DNA of 64,000 nucleotides from positions 496,001-560,000 of the forward strand of contig JAHLTZ010000014.1 of the NCBI GenBank assembly GCA_025786725.1. Reading direction: 5' to 3'. This DNA comes from Syncephalis fuscata S228. Taxonomy: Eukaryota > Fungi > Zoopagomycota. Under the pieces are notes generated by a model. It ran no database searches, was not told where the DNA came from, and was given only the letters and a program-made list of their open reading frames with translations. This document shows positions 1 through 14,437 of this stretch, in pieces. The position numbers and the translations under genes were made by a program. Numbering within the stretch: position 1 is the stretch's first letter; every line of letters begins with the position of its first letter.

Positions 1-1746
1 ACACACATTAATTGCAGTAGCTATTTTCAAAGGGGAACAGAGTGCATGCGTCATCGCTTTCTCGCCCATTGACAGCTCGGTCTCCGCCATTCGCTCCGCA
101 GAATCGAAAGTAAGGAGTGGTACTCGATAGTGTAGCACTTGCTGCATGTTAACCCGTACAATTTGCGATGTTGGTTCATGTAGCAAACTCGAAACTTGGT
201 TCGGCTAAACTAAGCAATAATGCTAACCAACGATTCATTGTTAATATGCTTTAAAATGTAACATATCAACAAGCGAAGACAGCTAGACTATTGTCTTAGT
301 AAACCATAAATAATTACTATTTAATCATTATAATCATGATTTGATAAAACTTGACTAATACCAATAAGATGGTATTAATGCAAAAACCCATACTTTATTA
401 GATAGTAGACAGCCATTTATACTAGGTGTATGTTACCCATATAATTAATAATGGGAATTCGTATACCTTTTAAAGCTCAGTGGCCAGTGAGTCTGAAAAT
501 TCAATTTAGCTCATGACAATATTACAATTAGTTACATTCGATAAAACTACACTTTATTCATTTAAGCAATAATACCAACCGTTTACTTGGTTAATTGCCT
601 TATTTAATTATGTTACCATTATTGCACTAATAACGTGTGTTATTTGTTATCCAACTTTTTAGCTTTTAATTTGAAAAACTGATGGACCCTGACATTTATT
701 CATTAGATTGAATGGCATTTCTAACTACATAGCATGTTATGTGGAATGCCACAATATTATACAGTTTATTAAACATTTAATATAATTTGGTGTACAATAG
801 CTATATTTAATAATATTTGTTTAATTAAACTAAATAATCGCTCTATTAAAGGTGGAGCTGGATGGTAAATAACAGCAGATCAAAATAATCATCTATAGAT
901 TTATAATCACCACTATAATACTACATGTATATATATCCTTTATCCATACATATCATTAACAACAACAACGACGTTCTATTCGCTATAATCTTTAATGTAT
1001 TTCATTTATTGAGTTCTATACACAACATCAATTCAATACAGCTATTTATAAACTTTTCATTGTTTGTCTATTGTAACGTGTATCAGTTTATTGTTCATGC
1101 ACAAATATTAGCTCAACACAACGATCCTGAACTCCGCCTTCAACAAAAGGAAGGCCTATGCGTTACTTTAGCTATTCACTGTCATCCACGATCTTTTACT
1201 ATTCTTTTGGAATCATCTTTTCCACTAACTATCCAACCTTGTTTATTACTGTCAATCTGTATTGGTAGTAGCAGTAACAGTTGTACTAGTAGTACTAGCA
1301 GTATAATAGTAGAAAATAGTAAAAAAGTAAGCACACCACCTTCTTGGTGCTTGTATATGGTGGATGAGTGGTTGTCTTTGCGTTACACTCGACTTGCTTT
1401 TTGACGCCTTGTTCTATCGCGTCTTCATCGTTATTCCATTCAGTTGATTGCTTGATTGTTCTGCTGTCTGTTTGATGTAAGTAATCTAAAGAGTATAAAT
1501 AGCCAATACTGACTTTGAACAAAACATAGTACTTGCCAATTACTCATCGCTTTTAATCGCTTGGCGGCTACATCCGGCTATTGACGCCACCTTGACGCCC
1601 TCTCTCCCTTCCCCTCTGATCCCTCTCTACTCTGTTGCACGTATACTATTCTTTCTGTGACCAGAGAAAACAGCACTGTAATCAGGAGTGGTAGTGGCGT
1701 TTGGTACGGCTGACGCTTATCGTAACATTGCTGCTGATAACTAACG

Positions 1747-4700
1747 GTGGCGTCATTTACCGTTACGAGTGGGGCGCGGGGGCGCACGTCCGCAATAATC
1801 AATAACAGTGATAGTAGCGGCAGCCATAGCCACCAACGGGCGGCAGCTGTAGCAATATCTAATCCAGGTTCAGCTTTTGCCCTGGATTCTTATATCGACG
1901 CATCATCCATAGCGGCCTCCATACCGCTTTATCTTGGTACTAATCATAATCATAGTCACAGTGTTGGAAGTGGACTACTAGCAAGCAACGCTAGTTTGTT
2001 AAGTGGATTTGACGTATCAAGTGTATTAAGTGAGTTTAATAGCCAACAGCAAGCTCAATTGCCTCCAACGGCAGACAATAGTAATAACAACGCAACAACG
2101 ACGACGACAACAACAACAGCAGCAACAGCGTCCTTGCTAGTCAACACAACTGCATCGCCTTACTTGGCGAATAGCGTGCCTTTAAGTCCTTCGATTAGTG
2201 TTAAACCAGCCATTACTGGTCCAATTACGCCAGAACCTTCTTCTATAGCGTTAAAATCATCCCCATCTACATCTAGTGTACGTTTTATAGAAAACGGCGG
2301 AAAAGTAGATACACCAAAATCACCACGACCTTCATCGTCTAAAACACGACGTACAAAAGAACCTCGTGTACGTAATCGCAATACAAAAGCTGCAACTTCT
2401 AGTTCAAACACTAATAGTACCGAATCATCATCCAATACAACCACAGCTACGACAGATCAATTAAAAATATCACCTCCATCTCCATCACCGGCTATTATGA
2501 TGAATAATCATATGCAAACGTTTTCGCTTCAACAGCAACAACAAGTACAACAACAACAACAACGTATACTACAGCAACAACAACAAAACTCCCCAGCTAT
2601 ATCACATGCCTCTATCAACTCGCCAATTAATGCTAATATTCAACAACAACAACAAGCGATGCAGGCGTCTATGAATACTACAAATTCGTCTAATCTCATT
2701 TCTGGTAATAATATAACACCTTCTAATTTTACTGGAATGAGTGGACGCAATACTACTATACATAATACTGCTTCAACTATCGCACCACCATGGTCAGGCA
2801 ACGATAATGTATTCAATTTATTTATTCACGATTATCTTGTCAAACGAGGATGGCAACGTACAGCAGATGTGTTTAGTGAAGAAGCGGCCGCTTTCCTAAC
2901 CAGCTCTACAGATATCAATCAAAACACGCCAAAGAATGCCAGTAAACCGATATTAACACCACCCATCGATGTACCATATGCATTTATGTTTGAATGGTGG
3001 TGTATATTCTGGGATGTTTATTCTACTACAGCAAATAAAGGTGGATCTAATGAGGCTCAGTTATTTTTAGAGGTATGTTTATTTAAATAAGCATCATTGT
3101 ATGCAAATACTAATATTAATATTAATTATTTATATTAATTATTTACTATTTAGGCATTAAAGGCTCGTCGATCATCTATAGGCCATTCTACCACTAGTAA
3201 TAACACCATGAATAATGCAAATAGTAATTCAAATAATGGTAATAATAATCACAGTTTTAATAGTAATTTCAATCAGCCACAACATCCACCCAATGCAGTT
3301 ATCCCACAACCAGCACTATTAATGTCACCATCACAGACATTTGCATCTACTGGACAGATATCCACACCTATAGGACTACGTCATTCTGTTCAGCCAACAC
3401 AGCCCAATGCATCAATGATTATGACATCACCAGGCCCATCAAATATTGTAACGGGCACTGGATCAGTACTTGACGCATCTCAAGTGCCCAATTCGGCCAC
3501 AGCCACGCCTACCAATCCTATGGGATCTCCCTTATTTACACCACCTCCACAACATGCCCGTCTACCATCGGAGGCAGCTAGTGTTGCTAGTGCAGCGGCA
3601 GGAGGAATAATATGGATCGATCATCGACCACGCCTATGAGTCCTATGATGAATAACAATGGCAATAATCCAGCAGGTCCTTCATCTGTGCCATCACTACC
3701 ATTTAATCCAGCAGCATTAATGAATATACCCAATGCACATATGCTTCCCCTTCATATTCAACAGCAATTGGCACAACAAGCAACCAATCCTAATAAAGTG
3801 CCTGATCGTTTTCTTCAGCATACACTTCAATTAGCGGGATTTGGTGATCGGCCATTAGCTTCATTGACCAATGAGGAGAAGGTAGTGTATTTATTTGCAC
3901 GTAATAATGAATATACTAACAACTGATTAAATAGGCCAAAATGGTAGAATATATTCGCCGATTAACAACCTTGCCCAATATGCAACGACCTATGCAACGA
4001 ACAGGCTTTCCTGCTAATGCCAATGTTTTTTCTAATATAGCGATGTCTGCTGGTCAGCCACCTCCATTACAGTCACCACTACCTCAGCCAACGACTAATC
4101 CAGCTATGGCTCAACCGGCACAATACCTCCACAACAACAACAACAGCAACAGCAGCAACAGCAACAGCAAATGCAGCAAATGCAACAGCAGCAACAACAA
4201 ATACAGCAACAGCAAATGCAACAAAATCAGCCACCTCAACCACATTTAAGCCAGTTTATGCAAGCTGTAGCCAATGAAAATCCAAGTATTGCTGCTTTAG
4301 CATCTACTGCTGCCTCTGTATTGCATGGTAATAAAAAATCAGCCAATGAATCGGAAACAATGTCACCACAGAAACGACCCGAACCTAATGTAGCTTCAAC
4401 TGGCATGGTAAGTTTACTAGTATTGTGCAACGATAACAGATACTAAATCAAATAGACCAATGATCCGAGTTTAATTACTAAGAAGCAACGTACAGATGCT
4501 GATTCACCTCATCTATCCAGTTCTACCACAGATAATACGGCATCAGGTGCTTCAGTGGTAAGCCATTATATATAACTATAAGTATAGTGCATTATTTTAA
4601 TTTATTACTATAGGAAATTGCATCCAATGCTACTGGTATGCCACAAGGTGCATTTAATCCTAATATAGCTACTGAAGGTACCTATTATAGTAATCTCTTT

Positions 4701-7390
4701 TTCCTATGCTAATCAACGCCAATAGGTATTAATGCACAGCTACTTAAAGCATGGGGACATCCTATGAGCTGGACACCACAAGTAAGTGTTTATTAGTTAA
4801 TCAATAATATCATTAACTAATGGTATAATTAGCAATTACAAATATTTCAACAACAGCAACAACAACAACAACAATTAAATAATCAACAAATGCAACAAGC
4901 CCGTCGACTTATGCAAGCTGGACCGGGCATGACCTTCAATGGTATGCCCAATGTAAATAATGGTCTAGCACCCTCCACTACTGCCGCTACTTCTAATACT
5001 ACAACGACAATGACCTCAGCCGCCAATAGTAATAGTAGTAATAACGGCAATAACAATATGATGAATATGATGCAAAATACAAGCAATCCATCTAATGGCG
5101 CTGTTACTAACACCGAAGAAAATGGTCTAAATACGCCATTACATAATGCTAATGGATGGCGAATGTTACACGATTTAACACAAGAGATTAAACAAGGACA
5201 GCTATCGCATTCAGGCGTTCAGGATAATCAAATATCTGAGCCAGTCAATAGCAATGCAACGGATACTGCACATCTTGTTGAAACGCAAACAATACCGAAT
5301 CCAAATAAAGTAGTATCAGGATCACCGGTTATTATACAAGCATCGGTTGGTGACTCAGCTGCTAATATAGCATCACCACCATCAGGACCACCACCAACAT
5401 CGGCTAAATCAGGTAAAGGCAGTAGGCTGCTAATTCTAAAGCCCGAACACCAAGTAAAAAGCAATCGAAAAAGGCCCAGAAGGCAGCATTGGCCAATACA
5501 CCTACAGCTACAACTGTAGAAAGTAACACGACCACTGCTCCAATGGTAAGTAATATGGATACTTGCTAATTAACTAACTAATATGAATTGAAATAGTCAC
5601 TATCTAGTAATCCAACTACAGAAACAACGCCAACAGCAGCAGCACCTGTACTAGATACAACAGCCATAACAGCAGCCACCACTACTACAACGACCTTACC
5701 TGCTACTGTCACAACTATTGCTACGGCTACGGCTACTACTACTAGTACTGCTAGTACTACCACTAGTACCGTACCTATGATGCCCGACCACGCTATGAAT
5801 GCCGCCGTTATGCCATTTAATATGCAAGGCACCAATCAACCTGATGATCGATCGATGGATGTCGACGAACTAGAACGGCTTATGATGGGCGATCCTGGTG
5901 ATGATCATGGCGGATTTGATTTAACGAACGATATCGATATGGATGCCTTGGCTAATAGCGGATTCTTTTCAAATTTTAGTGGGTTTATGGGCTCAGGTCA
6001 GTAGTGGGAGAATACAATGTAAAGGCCAATTGATACTTTATACAACGATTTGCTAATATACGCTAATAAATATAGATGCTCAATTATCACACTCGCTTCC
6101 GGCTCAAGTGCTCCGGCCGAAAGCGACACTTTCGGGGCACACTAACAAAGTCGCTACCTGTACATTTTCCACGAGTGGGCGTTGGCTAGCCAGTGCCGGT
6201 CATGACAAAAAAGTAAGCCATAGTTTATTGATATGGACGTGTGTATTAATGGTAGCTTATTAGGTAATGATTTGGTCGTCTACGGGCGGACAGCTGCAAC
6301 ATACATTGACGGGTCATTCAGGCCATATTAATTCGGCTCGCTTCAGTCCAGATACACGAGATTTATTAGTGACGGCCTCTTATGATAAAACCGTACGCGT
6401 ATGGCATGCTATTAACGGACCACAGCCCGAATGTGCTATCACCTATAGTGGACATCAAGGCAGCGTCACCGCAGTTGATTTCTGTCCTGTACCCAATAGT
6501 GATCAGTGTTATTCGGTCGATGCAGAAGGTGAACTACAAGTATGGAGTATGCTAATGGTTTACGCACCAAGACCATTAAACTAGTAAGTAGCACACATTA
6601 TATATATATACTGTGTCAATCAGTATTAATATATGTGGTATGAATAGCAACCCAATGGATCGTCCAAGTATTCCTCCTATTCTACTAATCCATTAAGATC
6701 ACGTCCAGGCAGTGCATCTGTAGTGGCTGTTGCTCAAGCTACTATACTCATGATTATTGATGTTAATCTATGTCCAGAAGGGCCAGTATCATCATCAACG
6801 GCATCGGCCCGTGTACTTCCTACACCCACCAAAAGAATATCGGCCAGCTGGACTGGTCACCGGATGGTATTTATTTGGTAACGGCCAGTGAAGATGCTGT
6901 CTGTGTATGGGATGCTGCTACACTAAAACCACTGCATACCCAACCAGCTCAAACGGGTAAAATTGCCAGTTGCTGCTTTGTCTCCGATCCTATTATGAAT
7001 AATAACAATAATAGGAGCAGTAATGGACCAGTACCAATCCCATCCACATCAAGGATTGCTTTTGGTGAATATGAATCTATTTATTTATGGCGATTCCGTG
7101 ATACATTAACATCATCGGCCCAGCACTCATCTACCGCCTCCACTAACGGTGTCTACATGAATGGTGGAGGACAGGCCAGTGATATGAAAGATAGCCGTGA
7201 CACACCGGCACTTACGCTAACTACCGTCCAAAGTGGTATGGTTAACTGTTTAGCGCCATTAATCACTCTATCTGAAGATGGTAGTGGTACATTGTCTATA
7301 TGTTTAGCCAGTGGTAGTGGTCATCGTGATTCAAATCTAAAACTTTGGGATGTACTTGATCATCAGCCAGTACCAATAGCTTCTTCTTAA
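1747..7390 (+). CDS. LisH/LUFS domain + Q-rich + C-terminal WD40 protein (LEUNIG/Flo8-like transcriptional regulator), multi-exon
   Basis: LisH motif NVFNLFIHDYLVKRGWQRTADVFSEEA followed by PPIDVPYAFMFEWWCIFWDVYS (LUFS); poly-Q/N tracts; WD repeats (GHTNKVATCTF, GHSGHINSARFSPD..LVTASYDKTVRVW, NLKLWD). Short GT-AG introns and several 1-nt frameshifts. Start uncertain: first in-frame ATG is at 2497. Confidence 0.85.
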
Positions 7391-7697
7391 TGGATCCCTT
7401 CTATTCCGTAAAAGTAATCTATTTTCCATCATGCTTATTTATCGTTTCTTTATCGTCTTACCAGACACTCACTCATTCACTCACTCATCCATTTATACAT
7501 TCATTCGTTCATTCATTCATTTATTGATCCATTCATTACCACTATTACCATCATTTCGTTCAGTTTATTTAGTTAGCTTTGTGCACATATTTTCATCCTT
7601 ATTTCTTGTGAAAGCATTAAATTCAATGTTATTCAATGTTGCTATTACCGTGTAGATGAATAATATCAATTTATTTTATTTTATACAATCACCTTAC

Positions 7698-8706
7698 TTA
7701 TGAATGATTCGCAGGTGTTGTCGCCTCTGCAGTAGGGGTAGGCTTTAACAATGCTAAATGTTGAGTATCATTAAGGTAGACCGATTCAAATCGGTAATCT
7801 GATAATGCTTCACGTGCACTACTTGGTGACTGTCGACCAACAAATGATCGTGGTGTTGAGCGGGTGGGATCGTGATAGACTCGAATCTCGTTAATACAAG
7901 TATTTCGATGTTGGTAAATACGCATACGATCAAGTACACCGTCCAGCAGTGAACTAAGAAGAATGCGTAGTAGTCGGCCATGGACTTCAAATGGTCACAT
8001 ATAAATAAATAAAACTATGTAATATATAGATCACTTACCAACAATGACTAAATGCTCATTATGGCCGCCATGTTCCTCTAATAGTCGATGGATGGCTGGC
8101 AATGCCCGTTTCTCAACTTCGGCGGCTGATTCACCACCAGGTGGACGTGCATCGAAATTACCGGCATTCCAACTATCCATTAATTGTGACAAGTCTTGAT
8201 TGGCCTTGCCATCAAAATCACCCCAGCTGATTTCTGCCAATTCCGGTACAGTCTAATAGTAACAAGTAGTAAGCACTTGGATTTCTGTAAGAATAAAATA
8301 AAGTTGTTGTTTATAAATTACCAGAAAAGGCACGGTGTATGATAGGCGTGAATTTGTTGCGCTGTTTCTTGTGCCGCTATTAATATGAATTCCTAATTAA
8401 TACTGTACAAATCAATCAATGAGAATGCACGCTTACCTGCATAGCACTTGCTACGACTAGATCAGTACGTTCACGCGATAACCGCGCACCTAACAAACGG
8501 GCCTGCTCCTTACCAATATTGTTTAGTGGGTAATCAACTAGTGCTCCTTGCAGTATATCCTTTGCATTAAGTTCCGTCTCCCCGTGGCGAATCAGTAGTA
8601 GTGTGGCATAAGGTGGAGGCGACGATGACAACGGCGATGAAGACGACGCAGAAGGAGAGGATACAGCATCGATAGCTTGTACAGAGGACGGTGAATCGGG
8701 CATCAT
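7698..8706 (-). CDS. Histidine phosphatase / phosphoglycerate mutase family protein, multi-exon
   Basis: LLLIRHGETELN..ILQG (RHG motif), PLNNIGKEQA, EISWGDFDG, PPGGES, NTCINEI, YLNDTQHL. Confidence 0.9.
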
Positions 8707-11700
8707 GTTTTGTTGTGTAGTAGCAATAGGTGAAAGCGCTGAAAAGGGTGTTAATATATTATGTACAAGTCATATGGATAGTTACCAAGATATAATTGCT
8801 AACGGCGACTACATCCAGCGACCAGAAATCAGTGTAATTTAGGATTTAATGTGCAGTAACAGCAATAAAAGATGTTTGGTATAGTCAAAAGATGATGAAA
8901 GAGAATGAAAAGCACGTATAGTAACAGAGCAACAATAATGGTAATAGTAACGATGTAGTGGTAATGGCAATGGCAATGGTAAAAATAATGCACGTAAAAT
9001 ATAGTGTGTTTTTGGCAGTCATTATATTGCGATTCCATATCGTATTGCACATTTGGCACTAACGTGCATGCTGTACTCTATGTATTGATCAGGTAGTCGC
9101 TATGTTGGCCAGTGTTGTAGTTGTTTTACATTTGTTACAAATATGACTTGTCAAAAACATCAATGTAAATAAATTTAATAAGACCATTAAAATCATTAAT
9201 GGTTTTGCATTAAATGAATTCAGTGTTATTCTTTATTATTATTTTATAATAGTATAATGATGTTTATTTAACATAGTGGCCTGTATTGTAAAAGCATTAG
9301 ATGAATACATATACTAGAATATTATTAATATGTATTGCTAAAAGTTTGCTCTATGTATAAAACATATCAATTTGTTGTAATTTATGCTTCAATGAATACA
9401 TACAACGATGTAAAAAATGTACTAGTTGGCAATATAATAGAAAAGATAATAATTGCAAACACCAGTAACTATATTGGTTATTTATTAATACAAGTAATTA
9501 TGATAAATAGCAATGAATTGGAAGCAAAATATACTTAGAAATGAACATTCCACTAATTTATCGACTACTGTATTTCTAAAGAACTGAAATGGCCATTCCA
9601 TATTGTTTAAACATTGCAATTCAAACCAAAATTCATACAGAGAAAATACGCTTAAGCATTGTATGGAATATACAATAGTATCAAAACACGTTATTAATAA
9701 AACATTCAATTGCACACTTTTATTATTTGTACTTGACAAACTTTTATCTAATAATTCGGTGCAATCAGTATTTGACGCCAGAGATTACGAATCATTACTG
9801 CCAATTGATGGTTCTGATCAAGGACGTGTATTATGAACTAGACCTATAAATAGCGGTAAAATTACGCCATTATATAGCGAAAATTTGATTGTCATCAAAG
9901 AAGAAGAATTTAACGTAATAGATGCTTGAAATGGAAACTTACTACGTTCAATTATTTATCGCTATGACTATAAACTTATTTGTTTCTTGAATCTTTATGC
10001 GTAGTGCTTTATGTAGAAAAAGAAAAAAGTTATTTAGTTGATTGCGCACTAACCGCACCTACAATCCACCAAGCTGTTTTATCAGTGAACAAACCAAAGA
10101 TGGTAAAGAAACAACCAGAGAAGACGTTGAAACAGCAATTTAACATTTTTGAACAATATTTAAACTTTAAATCTATCAAATACTGTGTATCCAATGCAGT
10201 TATTAGCCAAGTTGGTGTAAACAGTAGCAGGATTTAGGAAGCATATATGTTATAAATAAAATTATAATTACAAAACTAATACAAGTTATTTAAATATAAA
10301 ACTAAAAATAAATATCGTTACATGAAATAATTTGGACAGTAGAATAGCATATATGACAACAATAGAAAGATCATAATAACATTGCACGCTATAATAAATT
10401 ATGTATGTCATTTGGCTATGCAAATACTTATCAATTCTTTACGAAATATAGAATAAAAGAAGCAGTGTTTCTATAATTTTAAAAATAGCCTGAATGCTAA
10501 AAGCAGCAACTTTAAAAAGAATGGCAATGTTCCAATACAATCATCATCGAAAAACTGCCCCAATGTGAATTGTGTGATCGAATCAGTATTATTGCTCTTG
10601 CTGCTTATTAACACTGGGGATATGATTTTAAACTAGATATACACAATAAAGTTCATTTAATTCAAAGATAAGAGTCTAGCCATTCATGTGACGAATACAG
10701 CTTTTTGCGTCACTTTATTGTAATGCATCTTTCTATACCCCTCACAATATGCCGAGTTATAAAGTACGACATGCGACGACGTACAGTAGGGTGAGTTGTA
10801 AATAAAATATGTTTATTCAAATTGTTATCATACATATTACATAATAAAAGCGCGATTATTGATATGCAACAACAACAACAAGCAGCTATCATAGCATATC
10901 TTTTTTAAACACGCTTATCAATTGTATTCTTTCATTAATATGGTGCCGCTTTTGCTATTGCTTCCTTTGTCAACCAGGACTCGGCCTGATCATATGATCT
11001 GTTAGCAACAACGACTATCGTAATTTCCGAATCACCTGACGGACGTGGTGAACCAATTTGATACCATGACAACGGCGGTGATGCTCGTACCGACAGATGC
11101 CGCCGTTACCCCATCTCCGTTTCCGTTTCACGTATACACACCCACTCATACAACAACTACCCCAAAGTACGATCGGGAAGCCATCATAGGCAGACAGCGT
11201 GCCCCCAACCGGATGAGATGTACAATACTATAGCTCATCGAAACATAAACGTTTTATCGTCATCGTCATTTGTATTCATGGTTTATAATCCCCATCATTT
11301 ATATAGACCAAGCTACTAGCCGGCTCTTTTTCATTAAGCCTTTTTATTATTACTGTACCAGTTTGTGTGGTTCGTGTGTAGGTGAAACACTTAGTCCGCT
11401 CTCTTTATTTCCATCCTTCTTTCTTTCTCACTCGCTCTCCTACTATCTCTTACTTTCCTTCCTACGACTGACTCGCCCATTCTCTTATTTCATATACTAA
11501 CCGGTTCAGAAACGACGACTTGGTTGTTGTTGTTGTTGTTGCGTTTTTGCTATAGCTGGACCAACTTTTGCTACTGCTCTCACTACCACTACCATTCCAC
11601 TTCTTTCTCTCTGTTACAACAACGCTCAGCCTGCCAACTTACTTTCTCCTCTCCTTTTTACTTTGTCGGCTCGTCAGTCTTAGCCTCTCTTTCCTGCGCT

Positions 11701-12447
11701 CCCTATTCCAGTCCCGTCTGTCAGGGGTTTAGCCTATTTTTTTGCTAGCATTAGACGTAAAGTCAGCGGTCACACATCTTATACATTTCACAGTCTACTA
11801 TTACTACTACTACTATCATCACCGCTAACAAGTATTACCAGGTAAGTTGGTGTAAATGAGTGCACTTTTATTACAAGTAGTGTATTATCGGCGATAGTAG
11901 TGGTGGTAGTTATAGGCCTCAGTGTCTATACGGTATAGCACGATAGGTGGCTACACTAGTAGTTGTTGACAAGTACGGCGTTGTCTTTGTGTTGTCGCCA
12001 ATATCTTGCCTTTGCACGGTGTAGTGCTCTTTTTTCAAAATACTGAGTCACAGCTCTATGGTGTGTTATATAATAATGAGGACATAGTTATCAGTTGCAA
12101 TACTGTCGGACATAATTATGTACCGGCTCCGCGTTGACTAATATGGTCTATGAGGGGGTTTGATTCCAATCATGGAAAAAATAGCTGCAGCGTATTATTG
12201 ATAGGCTGTGGTGGTGACAGGTGTGCGTAAATGATAAGAAAGATCAGTAATAATCATATAACTGCACTTTCACATGTTGATGTACAAACAGAAACAGTTT
12301 GCCCAATCAATTACCACATCTAAATATATTAACCATAGTATTTTCACAGGCTTAGATTCTTTGGTCTTTCTTCTTTCTTTCTAACTATTGGCACGCCCAC
12401 AAACAAACCATCGCCAATTCATTTGCAAGCTATACACCAGCAATACT

Positions 12448-13793
12448 ATGGCCGATACTTCTAATCGTCGCTCAGCTAGTCCAGTTGCATTGTCGCGTCC
12501 AATTACCCCGCCTACTTCGGCCACTATTCGGGTATCACCATCTGAATTTACCTTTCAAAGTGAGTGCCAACCACTTGATTATCGGTCATGCACAAATGCT
12601 AACCTATTTTCTATTTACATAGCGTCAAAAACACATCCACAAGTACTTGTAGGTCGTGTTTCGCTAAGGATCGTAGCGGCCGATGCCCCTATTGGATTCA
12701 AGTTTAAAACAAATGCCCCAGACCGTTATAGTGTCCGACCAGTCCTCGGTGTGCTATCACCATTAGGTGAAAGCGTCGAAATATTTGGTATGTAGCTATA
12801 TGTATATAGATATATAATTATACGTTTATTAATCTATCCCAATTAGCGAGATGCGAGGGTGCAATTCAGCCAGATGATCGCTTTATGATTGAAAGTATTA
12901 CGCTGACCGAGGAAGAGGCACAGCAATTTGATTCGAAAAAGGTAAATTAAATTACAATATTTGGTGACAATCGGTAATGTGCTAATATCTTTATTATGAT
13001 CATTAATTAGCAATGGAAAAGTTTTGATCGTCGTCGTATTGTAGAAAACTTCATCCACTGCCGTATGCCTTCGCAACCCAGCAGCAGCAACAGTAGCACT
13101 ACATCTTTCCATACCGTTTCCCTTGCACCAAATACTAATGCTTCATGGTCGACTTCGGCTTCACCTCGCGTACGCGGTCATTTATCACATTCAAGAGCAC
13201 CATCGCTTGAATTGCCTATGTCGCGTCGTAGTAATCACAATAATACAAATCATGCTACGTCTAATGCGGCAGCGGCTGTTCAACGATCGGCCTCACCTTC
13301 TCGTCGATCGTTGGTAGTGGGCAATCGTGTATCTCATCACTCCTATGCAGGCAGTGATGTTGAAGCAGACCTAGATAACGATGAAAAGGTAAGAAATAAT
13401 TAAAAGTATACTATTTGATCAACCAATTAACCAACCAATTAATTAATATTGATATTGATGATACTTTGATTATTTATAGCGTGAACGTACAAATCGTTAT
13501 TCAATGAATTCCGTTGTCATCCGAAAACAACAACAACACATTATTCAATGTCGCGTCATCCAGTTGACAAGGGTCTAGTTGATCTATTACCACAAATTCT
13601 AATATTCCTACTTGCTTGTGTTATCGTTACCTTCTGGTTACCGATATCACGATGGATTGGTGCATTACTGTTGCCTCTATTTGGACATGGTAATGAGCAT
13701 CTAGGCGATCATTCACTACATACCGGTGGATACGACACGAATACGAATGGCATACCTACCACTGGTAATCCACTGGTTATGGCTCATGCGTAA
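12448..13793 (+). CDS. MSP-domain (VAP/Scs2-like) tail-anchored protein, multi-exon
   Basis: IRVSPSEFTF, PIGFKFKTNAPDRYSVRPVLGVL (MSP signature FKxKTxxPxxYxVRP), DDRFMI; C-terminal hydrophobic segment LLPQILIFLLACVIVTFWL. Confidence 0.8.
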
Positions 13794-14437
13794 TATCAAA
13801 TGACATACAACACATGCAATTTACTGCACTTTGTGCCTCGTATTATTTTCTCTTTTCTCTTTTAACGTCTTGCACACGATGAATACTGTGCAATTGCTAT
13901 GGGTATTCTTTTCTTTTTTATTTGATTGAACGTAAATTGTCATGTTACTTCGTATCATATAGACCACAAACTACAATATCTATAATGACTGATAGTAGTA
14001 GCAGTAGTATTGAATTCTCTATATTGGTTAAACGATTAACTTTCCATTTTGTTCTTTGTTGTTATTGTTGCTGCGGTTGTTATATGGGTAGACCTTAATT
14101 AAAGGTGATGTATTTTAGATAGTATTTGCATAATGGTTGTCTAATAGTGTTAGTATTATTATTATTGCTATTGTCATTGCAGTATATTGTCATAAGCTAT
14201 TATTCTTATATAAATAAAATATATAATAAATAAAATATGAATAAAATATAAATATTGCTTTAATGGCCATTAGTATATATTAAAACAAAATCCAATACAG
14301 TTTATTCTCGTAAGTAGACTAGAAGAAGAAAAATACAATCGATATACATGTGTCAATTAAAAGAAAGCATTATTATAGATTGGGATACAAATAATAAAAG
14401 AAAGTAATGACTATAGTAGTATTCAGTATCCTAACGA

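Noticed and set aside
925-1802. Small ORFs on both strands upstream of the LisH gene
   Set aside because: No domain similarity; they overlap probable promoter and 5' UTR sequence.
9300-10300. Short ORFs in an AT-rich intergenic stretch, possibly a decayed gene
   Set aside because: No recognisable motif or consistent exon chain.
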